DNA of 32,000 nt from Edaphobacter aggregans (GTDB lineage Bacteria; Acidobacteriota; Terriglobia; Terriglobales; Acidobacteriaceae). The translations under genes were made by a program, and so were the position numbers. Every line of letters begins with the position of its first letter. The stretch's first letter is position 1. The stretch is from the NCBI RefSeq assembly GCF_003945235.1, contig NZ_RSDW01000001.1:6030001-6062000 (forward strand), read 5' to 3'. Positions 7,930 through 18,364 of the stretch are shown here, in pieces. The notes beneath the pieces were generated by a model. It was not told the DNA's origin, searched no databases, and was given only the letters and a program-made list of their open reading frames with translations.

Positions 7930-8523
7930 CTATAGGCCGCGGAGAGCATAGGCGATAAGGGTCTGGCCGTGCAGATTGTGGGCGTTGTTGTAGGCTTCGT
8001 TGCTGGCTTGTTCCTGCGCGGGGATGGTGGGGTCGAGTTCGCAGGCGGCGATCTCTTCGGTGCTCGCGTGGATGAAACAGAGCTCGCAGGTGGCGAGGTT
8101 GTTTTCTTCGGTGCGCATGGGGGGGCCGAAGGTGCGGCAGAGGATGGGGCGGTGTTTGTAGAGGTCACAGGTACCGGTGGTGGGGTCGAGGACGGGGCAT
8201 GGCTCGTCGTTTGCGAACTCTTCGAAAAGGATGGCGGCCTCGTGGTCTTCGTTGAGGATGCCTGTGGTTAGGTCGCCGGGGAACCAGGGATTGAGTCGAG
8301 TCAGGGATTCGGCTACGCGGGTACGGATTCTTGTTGCTCGCTTGGGATCTGTTTGGATGAGTGTCGCAAGGCCTTCGCGGAGGCGGCCTGCGTCTTCGTG
8401 GGCTATGGGGAAGACTCCAATGCAGCATTGGGAGCAGCCGGGCTTGCAGACAAGGTGGTGTCCGCCGCGGTGGTAGGCGTCGGCTACGGCGATGTCTACG
8501 ATTTGGACGAGGCGATCACTCAT
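7930..8523 (-). CDS. YkgJ-family cysteine-cluster protein (UPF0153, CxxCxxCC)
   Basis: Contains CKPGCSQCCIGVF plus a second Cys cluster (CPVLD...CDLYKHRPILCRTF). The ATG at 8523 overlaps the GH32 stop (ATGA). The track start at 8532 is a TTG alternative. Confidence 0.82.
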   Translation of the reverse strand: MSDRLVQIVDIAVADAYHRGGHHLVCKPGCSQCCIGVFPIAHEDAGRLREGLATLIQTDPKRATRIRTRVAESLTRLNPWFPGDLTTGILNEDHEAAILFEEFANDEPCPVLDPTTGTCDLYKHRPILCRTFGPPMRTEENNLATCELCFIHASTEEIAACELDPTIPAQEQASNEAYNNAHNLHGQTLIAYALRGL

Positions 8524-10049
8524 CTTTCCCAAATTGACTTAAGCTCCCACAGGTGCCCTGCGCCATTGAGCGTCTTCGCATCTTTTGGGAAGAGCTGAAT
8601 CGTGACGCTGGAAGAGGAGGGATAGATCAGGTCGGTCATAGCGATAGTTCCGTCCTGAGCGTAGGCTTCGACGGATGATCTGTCTACGATCAGGGTGAGA
8701 TCGTATGGCCGATCCGTAGCTATCGGTGCTGTTGTCCTAATGGGGAAGTCAGGGCTGATTTGGCTGCCTGAGTGTGTTCGGTCTATGTAAAACTCTTTTT
8801 TGCTGGTGTCGAAGCCGATTTCGGTCCAGTGTTGTTCGTCGGAGTAGAGCTTGACGCCGAAGGGCTCTATGGTGGGATGTTCAAACTGCATCCGGATTTC
8901 GACGGGTGTCTTGACTGAATGGCCGACGCTCGGCTTATTTGAACTGTCCGGGGATGAGTCGGAGATTTTGACGCTGTTTTCGCGCAGAGGTGGAATGATC
9001 GGCTCTTGCCGGAGCGCGAGGCCTGCGCCGTCTTTAACGAACGAGAGGCGCCTTGGTATGCTCATCTGTCCACGCCAGGGAGATGTTGGCAGCTTTGACG
9101 CGTACTGCCAGTTGCTCATCCATCCGAGGAGGACTGGCTTTTGATCTTTTGGCAGGCCGTTGAAGCTGATGGCGCAGTAGTCATCTTTGCCGTAGTTGGT
9201 CCAGCCATGTGATCCAGGCTCGCTCGATTGCTTGAAACTTTTTCCGTCGAAGTTGCCCAGGAAGTACTGCTCGCCTGAGCCTCCCTGCGGAGCGCCCGGA
9301 TTAAGGCCGACCTTGAGGGCCCAGATGCTGGACTTTCCGTTCGAGGATGGGATGCTGAGGAGGTCCGGGCATTCCCAGTCGCCGTCGGTGTCTCCAGCGG
9401 GTCCGAAGTCGCTGAGTTGTGTCCACTTCTTCAAGTTAGGGGAGGAGTAGAAGCGAACCTTATGCTCTTTTGGCAGGGAGACGGCCATGATCCAATAGTG
9501 TGCGGTTGGATCCCAACTGACGCTCGGATCACGAAAGTCGGCGAGGTGAAGATCGAGTACCGGATTGCCTTGATATCGCGTCCAGGTGCGGCCATTGTCG
9601 AGGCTGAAGGCTATGTTCTGCGTCTGGAGCGTGCCTTGAGGGGTTTGGCTATGACCCGTGTAGATCGCAACGAGGCAGTCGCTTTTCGGGGCGCAGAAGC
9701 CTGTGGTGTTTTCATGATCGACTACAACACTTCCGGTGAAGATCATGATTCCGTCTTTTTCGGGAATGGCGACGGGTAGCTCATGCCAATGGAGCAGGTC
9801 GGTGCTGACTGCGTGGCCCCAACTCATGTGTCCCCATTGGTCTCCGAAGGGGTTGTACTAGAAGAAGAGGTGGTATTCGCCCTGGAAGTAGACGAGACCG
9901 TTGGGGTCGTTCGTCCAGTTTTTGGCGGGAGAGAAGTGCACCTGGGGGCGGTACCGCTGGTCGTATTGCGGAGTCTGCGCACGGAGGGGTAGAGCACAGA
10001 GAGCGAGTGTGGCGATGCAGATCACTTCGCGGGCACGTGGCTTGACCAA
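8520..10049 (-). pseudogene. Glycoside hydrolase family 32 (levanase/invertase-like) interrupted by one in-frame TAG
   Basis: Track ORFs 9858..10103 and 8520..9827 are in the same frame. Read together they give ...[44 protein letters not shown]..., with the stop (CTA at 9858-9860 on +) where GH32 proteins carry Q. The GH32 motifs are WxNDPNG, the RDP motif (FRDPSV) and the EC motif (WECPDL). The start is probably TTG at 10049, after GGGGGAG, giving signal peptide [25 protein letters not shown]. Confidence 0.85.
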
Positions 10050-10094
10050 GGCAGCTCCCCCGGCAGGATCAGATATGCGACGGCAATGGTACAG

Positions 10095-10135
10095 GGAAAC
10101 CAAGAGTCCATGCAGACTGTGCTTGCAGTGGACTC
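10095..10135 (-). terminator. Candidate intrinsic terminator after the 10178..10384 small ORF
   Basis: GAGTCCA-TGCA (10104-10114) pairs with TGCA-g-TGGACTC (10125-10135), giving 11 bp with one bulge. On the minus strand the hairpin is followed by TTGGTTTCC. Confidence 0.45.
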
Positions 10136-10177
10136 TGGATTCGAGCTTGGGGAGGGGCAGTTGGTGAGGGCGACTCG

Positions 10178-10384
10178 TTAGACAGCTTTGCGCTGGAAGG
10201 TCGTCTTCTTTGTGCCGGTGAAGGAGTCTTTGGCCTTGACCGAGGCTGTGGAGGAGGTGACGAGGGACTTATCGCCGCCCTTTGCCTGTGCCGCGGCTTT
10301 TTCGCGTAATGCCTGGAGCTTCTGGGCTTTCGGACCTAGTCCGCGGACCTTTGAATCGCCTGCTTTGGGGATGAAATCACTCAT
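10178..10384 (-). CDS. Hypothetical small lysine-rich protein (68 aa)
   Basis: Track ORF 10178..10501 trimmed to ATG at 10384, which is preceded by GAGAGGA and a 6-nt spacer. The product [37 protein letters not shown]... is basic and probably disordered. Confidence 0.45.
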   Translation of the reverse strand: MSDFIPKAGDSKVRGLGPKAQKLQALREKAAAQAKGGDKSLVTSSTASVKAKDSFTGTKKTTFQRKAV

Positions 10385-10466
10385 AACAAATCCTCTCATG
10401 CTCGGAGGTTTTCGAACAAGATGGGCGTGGGCGTTCCTCAGCTCGTACTTTGTGCTTTGTGCGAAT

Positions 10467-10499
10467 GCCCACCCATGTGACGAGATCACATGAATGGGC
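10467..10499. other. Stem-loop GCCCA-cc-CATGTGA-cgaga-TCACATG-aa-TGGGC
   Basis: 12 paired bases with a symmetric 2-nt internal loop, located between the two small minus-strand ORFs. No U-tract on either strand. Confidence 0.4.
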
Positions 10500-10520
10500 A
10501 CCTGGCACTCAGCGGATCAG

Positions 10521-10724
10521 CTAAGAAGGTAATTGCTTGGCAATTTTCTTTACGGCTTTGAACAGCAAAATCTCTCTTCCTTCAAGTTTAACTGTGTTCA
10601 GAAAGACAAGGCGGCGCTCACGCTTCGTTGGCCCCGTGACAATATATTCTGTTCCACCCTTGAACACTCTTTGACGCTTCGGCATAAGAATCCTTTTCAC
10701 TTTGTCAGCTGTGCTGGAGCTCAT
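10521..10724 (-). CDS. Hypothetical small basic protein (67 aa) in a visibly low-GC segment
   Basis: Track ORF 10521..10757 trimmed to ATG at 10724 (MSSSTADKVKRILMPKRQRVFKGGTEYIVTGPTKRERRLVFLNTVKLEGREILLFKAVKK...). No clear SD. A perfect 12-bp palindrome abuts the start codon. Confidence 0.35.
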   Translation of the reverse strand: MSSSTADKVKRILMPKRQRVFKGGTEYIVTGPTKRERRLVFLNTVKLEGREILLFKAVKKIAKQLPS

Positions 10725-10736
10725 CTTATCGATAAG
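10725..10736. promoter_or_regulatory. Perfect 12-bp palindrome CTTATCGATAAG directly upstream of the 10724 start
   Basis: Read directly from the sequence. The 9-mer ATCGATAAG recurs at 12161-12169 in the purB/marR intergenic region. Confidence 0.4.
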
Positions 10737-10786
10737 ACCTATGGTGATGAAGGGCACTTAAGTGTTAGGAACTTGGGCAAACATCT

Positions 10787-12094
10787 TTAGATGGTGTTTC
10801 CTAAAACGCGGGCGAAGATGGCGTCTACGTTGGCTAGTTGGCGGTTGTAGTCGAAGGCTCGGGCTAGTTTTTCCGGGGAGAGTCGAGCGGTGATCTCGGG
10901 GACTTTGGCGATCTCTTCGCGGAAGATGAGGTCATTCTTCCAGGAGTTCATGGCGTGGCTCTGGACGAGGCGGTAGGCGTCTTCGCGTGACATGCCGGAT
11001 TCGGCGAGGTCGAGGAGGAGTTGGCCGGAGAAGATGAGGCCTCCGGTGGACTCTAGGTTCCTCAACATGCGCGCCGGATAGACGAGGAGCTTTTCGATGA
11101 GGTTCGTCGTCTTCGCGAGCAGATAGTCGATGAGGATGGTGGAGTCAGGAAGGATGACCCGCTCGGCTGAGGAGTGGGAGATGTCTCGCTCGTGCCAGAG
11201 GGCTATGTTCTCGAAGGCGGTTTGGGCGTTGGCGCGGACTACGCGGGCGAGGCCTGAGATTTGCTCCGACGTAATGGGGTTGCGCTTGTGGGGCATTGCG
11301 CTGGAGCCTTTTTGCTTCTCGGAGAAGAATTCTTCGGCTTCGCGGACCTCGGTGCGCTGGAGGTGGCGGACTTCGGTGGCGATCTTGTCGAGGGTACTGG
11401 CGAGGACTGCGAGGGTGGCGACGTAGGCGGCGTGGCGGTCGCGCTGAACGACTTGTGTGGCGACTTCGACAGGGCGTAGGCCTAGTTCGGCGCAGATGGC
11501 TTCTTCGTGCTCGGGTTTGAGGTGGCCGAAGGTGCCGACGGCTCCGGAGAGCTTGCCTACGCGGAGGTCTTCGGCGGCGGCGTCGAAGCGGGTGAGGTTG
11601 CGCTGGATTTCGGAGTACCAGAGGAGAAGTTTGAGGCCGAAGGTGGACGGCTCGGCGTGGATGCCGTGGGTGCGGCCGATGATGGGAGTGTGCTTGAACT
11701 CGATGGCGCGGTGCTTGAGGACGTCGGCGAGCGCGATGATGCCGGTGCGGATGATGGCGGAGGCTTCTTTGAGTTGGAGGGCCTGCGCTGTGTCGACGAC
11801 GTCGGTGGAGGTGAGGCCATAGTGGAGCCAGCGGGAGTGCTCGGGCGCGTTGATGTGCTCGGCGACGGTGGTTGTGAAGGCGATGACGTCGTGGCGGACC
11901 TCGGCTTCGATCTCGTTGATGCGGTCTACGGTGACGGCGCCGCGGTCGCGGATGGCGTCGGCGGCGGACTGTGGGACTAGGCCGAATTTGGCGAGGGCCT
12001 GGGAGGCGGCGACCTCAACGGTGAGCCAGCAGCGGTATTTGTTCTCGTCGGACCAGATGCGGCCCATTTCCGGGCGAGTGTAGCGGGGGATCAA
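10787..12094 (-). CDS. purB: Adenylosuccinate lyase
   Basis: The 435-aa product starts MIPRYTRPEMGRIWSDENKYRCWLTVEVA and contains ...SSAMPHKRNP, the fumarate-lyase signature. The start codon is TTG (CAA at 12092-12094 on +), with GGAG 9 nt upstream. Confidence 0.95.
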   Translation of the reverse strand: MIPRYTRPEMGRIWSDENKYRCWLTVEVAASQALAKFGLVPQSAADAIRDRGAVTVDRINEIEAEVRHDVIAFTTTVAEHINAPEHSRWLHYGLTSTDVVDTAQALQLKEASAIIRTGIIALADVLKHRAIEFKHTPIIGRTHGIHAEPSTFGLKLLLWYSEIQRNLTRFDAAAEDLRVGKLSGAVGTFGHLKPEHEEAICAELGLRPVEVATQVVQRDRHAAYVATLAVLASTLDKIATEVRHLQRTEVREAEEFFSEKQKGSSAMPHKRNPITSEQISGLARVVRANAQTAFENIALWHERDISHSSAERVILPDSTILIDYLLAKTTNLIEKLLVYPARMLRNLESTGGLIFSGQLLLDLAESGMSREDAYRLVQSHAMNSWKNDLIFREEIAKVPEITARLSPEKLARAFDYNRQLANVDAIFARVLGNTI

Positions 12095-12170
12095 GGCGAG
12101 GCTCTCCAGGTTCTTGCGAGGAATTTGTTGTTAACTTCATTCTACTGCGTTGCGTTAAGGATCGATAAGC

Positions 12171-12200
12171 ATCGTAATACGATACAATCGCGATACGATA
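12171..12200. promoter_or_regulatory. Cluster of ATCG/CGAT palindromes (candidate MarR operator) upstream of the MarR-ClC operon
   Basis: ATCGTA-A-TACGAT (12171-12183, 6-bp arms) and ATCGCGAT (12187-12194). TACGATA is directly repeated at 12178 and 12194, 16 bp apart. ATCGAT is at 12161. All lie within 45 bp of the marR ATG at 12206. Confidence 0.5.
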
Positions 12201-12205
12201 TATCT

Positions 12206-12673
12206 ATGGCGACAGCCAAGAAACAGCGTGCGGCAGTTGTGGCGACGGAGAAGCTGGTTGAACTGGCTGAGTTTCGTTATCGTCTGCGGCGGTTCCTGAG
12301 TTTCAGTGAGACGGCGTCGGAGGCCGTTGGGATTTCCGCGCAGCAGTATCAGTTGCTGCAGGTGGTGGCTGCAGTTCCAGCGGGGCAGGAGTCTTCCATC
12401 ACCTACATCGCAGAGCGAATGATGGTCCGGCACAACAGTGCGGTTGAGTTAGTCGATCGTGCGGAGAAGGCGGCCCTGGTGCGGCGCGTTGCCGATGAAA
12501 GCGACCATCGGCGTTCGCTGGTGGAGATTACGGGGCGGGGAGCTGAGCTGCTCTCTCAACTGGTTGCGCAGCATCTTATTGAGGTTGAGGCAGAGGGGCC
12601 GGAGCTAGTGCGAACGCTGCAGCGACTGATCAGTGCGCGGGCGGCTACAACGAGAAAAGGTGGAGAACGATGA
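12206..12673 (+). CDS. MarR-family transcriptional regulator
   Basis: Track ORF 12125..12673 trimmed to ATG at 12206. The winged-HTH pattern is ...QQYQLLQVVAA...SITYIAERMMVRHNSAVELVDRAEKAALVRRVADESDHRRSLVEITGRGAELL. Its stop overlaps the ClC start (ATGA). Confidence 0.9.
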   Translation: MATAKKQRAAVVATEKLVELAEFRYRLRRFLSFSETASEAVGISAQQYQLLQVVAAVPAGQESSITYIAERMMVRHNSAVELVDRAEKAALVRRVADESDHRRSLVEITGRGAELLSQLVAQHLIEVEAEGPELVRTLQRLISARAATTRKGGER

Positions 12674-14577
12674 CTCAGGCTGAGGATCACAGTACGCTGC
12701 GCGACTATTCGGCAACGAACCGAATGTTGGTGATCAGCGGGTTGGCGGCGATACTTGGCGGCGCAGGTGCTGTGTTGGCCTGGATGCTGCTGGGGCTTAT
12801 TCGGCTGGCGACGAATGTCTTTTACTTCCACCAGTTCAGCTTCGCTAATACCTCTCCGGCGGACAACACGCTGGGATGGAAAGCCGTGTTTGCGCCGGTG
12901 ATCGGTGGCTTGTTGATCGGTGTGATCGCTCGGTTTGGGTCGGAGAAGATTCGCGGCCATGGGATGCCTGAGGCAATTGAGGCGATTGTTTTTAAGGGTG
13001 GGAAGGTGGCCCCGCGGATTGCGGTTCTGAAGCCAATTGCGACGGCGATTGCGATCGGTTCGGGTGGACCGTTTGGCGCGGAGGGGCCGATCATCATGAC
13101 GGGTGGGGCCACGGGGTCGCTGATTGGCCAGCTGCTGCACACCACGGATGCCGAGCGTACGACGCTGCTGGTGGCTGGCGCGGCGGCGGGTATGTCGGCT
13201 ACGTTCTCGTGTCCTCTGTCGGCGGTGTTGCTTGCGGTGGAACTACTGCTGTTTGAGTGGAGGCCGCGAAGCATGGTGCCTGTGGCTGTGGCTTCGGTGA
13301 CAGCTGGCGCGATTCGCAGACTGCTGCTCGGCCCGGGGCCTATCTTCCCGATGCAACCGACGATAGTGCCTATGCACCACATGGCGATGATTGGGGCGTT
13401 GATTGTCGGCCTAGCCGCAGCGTTGTTGTCCACAGGATTGAGTCGCGTGCTTTATGGGGTGGAAGATCTGTTCGAGCGTCTTCCTGTCCATTGGATGTGG
13501 TGGCCAGCGATTGGTGGTGTTGTTGTAGGGATTGGCGGGCTTATCTTTCCGCCTGCGCTGGGTGTTGGTTATGGTGTGATTCAGAGGCTGGTTACTGACG
13601 ACATTACGTGGAAGCTGATTATTGGCGTTCTGCTGGTGAAGAGCTTTATCTGGACTTTTTCGCTGGGCTCGAATACATCGGGTGGAATTCTTGCGCCGCT
13701 GTTGATGATTGGTGGTGCGATGGGGGCGGCATTGGGTCATGTGCTGACTCCGGTGTCGCAGGGGGCGTGGGCGGTGGTGGGGATGTCGTCGGTGCTGGCG
13801 GCGGCGATTGGGGCTCCGCTGACGGCGGCGATGTTGGCGGTGGAGTTGACCCACAACGGCGGGCTGATGCTGCCGGTGTTGCTGGCTTGCGTGGTCAGCT
13901 ACGCGATGGGTGTGCTGCTGCAGCCGCGCTCGATCCTTACTGAGCGGCTTAGCAGGCGTGGATTCCACCTGAGCCGTGAGTATGGCGTGGATCCGCTTGA
14001 GACGGTGATGGTCCGCGACGCGATGCATACGAGTGTCTTTGCCCTGTCGGCGGATGCGACGCGACAGGATGCTGCGGACTGGCTGGCTAAGATGAATCAG
14101 CGCGGCAGCGAGGCTTGGTCGCACTGGCAGCGGCTGTTTCCGTTGGTAGATGCTGCGGGCAACCTGAGCGGCGTTTTGGCTCGGAGTCAGATGATTACGG
14201 CGGCAGAGGCTGGAGAGCTGCATAGACCGTTGCTCGATTCGGGTAGTTCAAAGCCAGCGGTGATTGGGCCGCGAGAGACGCTGCGCTCGGCTGCGGAGAG
14301 AATGGCCGAGTCGAAGCTCACGTCGTTTCCGGTGGTCGATACGAACGGAGCGCTTGTGGGCATCCTGAATATCGACGACCTGCTGACCGCGCGTGGGAAG
14401 GCCAGTCTGCGGGACAGCGACCGCAAGCGCGTACTAACACTTCGCTGGCCGTTTGGGAGACGACAACGTGCGGTGCATGCCATTGACGACATTGTGGACA
14501 GAGCGTTTGAGAGTGCTGCACGTGACCACATTGAACTTGAACAGGCCGAGGAAAAGATCGAGAGCGGGCTCGACTAA
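12670..14577 (+). CDS. ClC-family chloride channel / H+-Cl- antiporter with C-terminal CBS domain pair
   Basis: ClC selectivity motifs are GSGGPFGAEGP (GxEGP with gating Glu) and GILAP/GxFxP-like. There are many TM helices. The C-terminal segments ...VMVRDAMHT...LFPLVDAAGNLSGVL and ...LTSFPVVDTNGALVGILNIDDLL are CBS-like. Confidence 0.92.
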   Translation: MTQAEDHSTLRDYSATNRMLVISGLAAILGGAGAVLAWMLLGLIRLATNVFYFHQFSFANTSPADNTLGWKAVFAPVIGGLLIGVIARFGSEKIRGHGMPEAIEAIVFKGGKVAPRIAVLKPIATAIAIGSGGPFGAEGPIIMTGGATGSLIGQLLHTTDAERTTLLVAGAAAGMSATFSCPLSAVLLAVELLLFEWRPRSMVPVAVASVTAGAIRRLLLGPGPIFPMQPTIVPMHHMAMIGALIVGLAAALLSTGLSRVLYGVEDLFERLPVHWMWWPAIGGVVVGIGGLIFPPALGVGYGVIQRLVTDDITWKLIIGVLLVKSFIWTFSLGSNTSGGILAPLLMIGGAMGAALGHVLTPVSQGAWAVVGMSSVLAAAIGAPLTAAMLAVELTHNGGLMLPVLLACVVSYAMGVLLQPRSILTERLSRRGFHLSREYGVDPLETVMVRDAMHTSVFALSADATRQDAADWLAKMNQRGSEAWSHWQRLFPLVDAAGNLSGVLARSQMITAAEAGELHRPLLDSGSSKPAVIGPRETLRSAAERMAESKLTSFPVVDTNGALVGILNIDDLLTARGKASLRDSDRKRVLTLRWPFGRRQRAVHAIDDIVDRAFESAARDHIELEQAEEKIESGLD

Positions 14578-14621
14578 AGGTGGTCCCGATTCTTGATGCA
14601 AGGTTCTCCGCATACGGTCCT

Positions 14622-14943
14622 TATCCTCCCCGCCCCTGGTACTTTTCGCGCAAAGTCTTCCATCTAAAATGTTTACGGGTGGACTTGTATATCTGTGGGA
14701 AGCGGAAAGTCTCTAGATTCAGGGCTTTGAGGTATATGGAATCTGTAAAGTATTGATTTTTATGATGGTTATTGAGTATGTCCTTTCCTGAAATGAGCTT
14801 CGGGGTTAAAAGGGAAAAGCCTCGACCGATAGCCGGGGCTTTTCTTCTTACCTCTACTTTTAAGTATAGCAACTTGGAGGAAATTATCGGCCAAGCGGAT
14901 GTTATTGATTTTATTATGGATATAGTTTTTAGGGGCTTGACAG
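14622..14943. repeat. Intergenic element copy A (homologous blocks shared with 19515-19712)
   Basis: Shared ordered blocks: TATCCTCCCCG (14622), AAAGTCTTC (14652), exactly 16 nt, GGGTGGACTT (14677), TTTTAAGTATAGCAACTTGGAGGAAATTATCGG (14858), CTTGACAG (14936). Relative to copy B, copy A carries about 120 extra nt that include the terminator hairpin. Confidence 0.65.
14815..14850. terminator. Bidirectional intrinsic-terminator-like hairpin between the convergent ClC and glutaredoxin-like genes
   Basis: AAAA-GCCTCG (14815-24) pairs with CGGGGC-TTTT (14834-43), one G-U pair, 9-nt loop. An A-tract lies on the 5' side and TTTTCTTCTT on the 3' side. Confidence 0.55.
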
Positions 14944-14969
14944 CAAAAAACTGGGGTTTCGCGGATTGG

Positions 14970-15227
14970 TCAGGAGTTTGTGACACCGAAGAGCTCGGCC
15001 ATCTCGTCGTGGAGGAAGCCGTAGCCGGGGCGGTAGGGCTGGACCCATTTGCCGTCGATGACAAACTGCGGGATGGCACGCTTGCCTACGTTGGCGAGGA
15101 CGAGATCGGCAGCGCCAGGCGTGTGCTCGATATCGACTTCTTTAAAGGGGATGTTATGGGTGGTGAGAAAACGCTTCGCTTCGCGGCAGTCGCGGCACCA
15201 GTAGGCGGAATAGACGGTCACATCCAT
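14970..15227 (-). CDS. Glutaredoxin-like (NrdH/mycoredoxin-type) thiol-disulfide protein
   Basis: The 85-aa product has VTVYSAYWCRDCREAKRFL (CxxC in a thioredoxin-fold context) and ...IPQFVIDGKWV. Confidence 0.85.
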   Translation of the reverse strand: MDVTVYSAYWCRDCREAKRFLTTHNIPFKEVDIEHTPGAADLVLANVGKRAIPQFVIDGKWVQPYRPGYGFLHDEMAELFGVTNS

Positions 15228-15246
15228 AGGTCTATCTTATCGTGCC

Positions 15247-16020
15247 TTATTGCTCGTGGTAGTCGACCATGAGGCCACCGTCGATCACGTAGGTGGAGCC
15301 GGTGACGTAGGCGGCTTCGTCGGATGCGAGGAAGGCGGCGAGGCCCGCTACTTCTTCTGATGTGCCGAGGCGGCTGAGAGGGATGTTGGCGAGGAGGGCG
15401 TCGAGTTTGGGCTTGTCTTCCAGGAGAGATTTGTTGATAGGGGTGGCGATGGCTCCGGGCGCGATGTTGTTGACGGTGATGCCGAGGGGGCCTAGCTCGA
15501 CGGCGAGGTTGCGCATGAGCATGCGGATGCCTCCCTTGGAGGCGCAGTAGGTGGAGAAGTGGGGGAAGGCCATGTCCTCGTGGACGGAGCTGATGTTGAT
15601 GATGCGGCCGGGTAGTTTGGCGTCGCGGAGGCGGCGGACAAAGAACTGAGTGAGGAAGAAGGCGCCCTTGAGATTGACGTTGAGGACGGCGTCGTAATCT
15701 TGCTCGGTGACGTCCCAGAAATCGGCGCGCTTCTCGATGCCGGCGTTGTTGACGAGGATGTCGCAGCGGCCCAGTTGTAGATACGCCTGATCGACGATGT
15801 TCTGGGTGTCGGCCATCTTGGTTACGTCGGACTGGACTGTGATGGCTTTGCCGCCAGCGGCTTCGGCCTTGGTCTTTGTGTCTATGGCCTGTTCGGGACG
15901 GTTGCGGTAGTCGACGACTACAGTTGCGCCTTCGCTGGCGAAGCGGATGGCGATTGCCTTACCGATGCCGGAGCCGGAACCGGTAACGATGGCGACTTTT
16001 CCTGCGAGGCGACCTGGCAT
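15247..16020 (-). CDS. Short-chain dehydrogenase/reductase (glucose 1-dehydrogenase-like)
   Basis: TGSGSGIGKA cofactor motif, NNAG, catalytic S...YCASK (YxxxK), and C-terminal GSTYVIDGG. The SD GGAGGA lies 8 nt upstream of the start. Confidence 0.92.
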   Translation of the reverse strand: MPGRLAGKVAIVTGSGSGIGKAIAIRFASEGATVVVDYRNRPEQAIDTKTKAEAAGGKAITVQSDVTKMADTQNIVDQAYLQLGRCDILVNNAGIEKRADFWDVTEQDYDAVLNVNLKGAFFLTQFFVRRLRDAKLPGRIINISSVHEDMAFPHFSTYCASKGGIRMLMRNLAVELGPLGITVNNIAPGAIATPINKSLLEDKPKLDALLANIPLSRLGTSEEVAGLAAFLASDEAAYVTGSTYVIDGGLMVDYHEQ

Positions 16021-16039
16021 GAACTGTGTCCTCCGACGG

Positions 16040-18297
<2,258 letters not shown>

Positions 18298-18364
18298 CGG
18301 GCCTCCGGGAATTTTTGCCAAGCGTGACGGCAAAGACTTTGGATGCTCGCGCTCAGAGTGCGGT

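Noticed and set aside
9858-9860. The in-frame TAG in GH32 as programmed recoding (pyrrolysine or read-through)
   Set aside because: There are no pyl genes or recoding signals in view. A single CAG->TAG transition or a sequencing error is far more parsimonious.
14621-15272. Track ORFs 14621..15079 (-) and 14772..15272 (+) spanning the intergenic repeat and the antisense strand of the glutaredoxin-like gene
   Set aside because: They have low-complexity or odd composition, overlap a well-supported gene on the opposite strand, and cross the terminator hairpin. The homologous repeat copy at 19.5 kb has stops in all frames.
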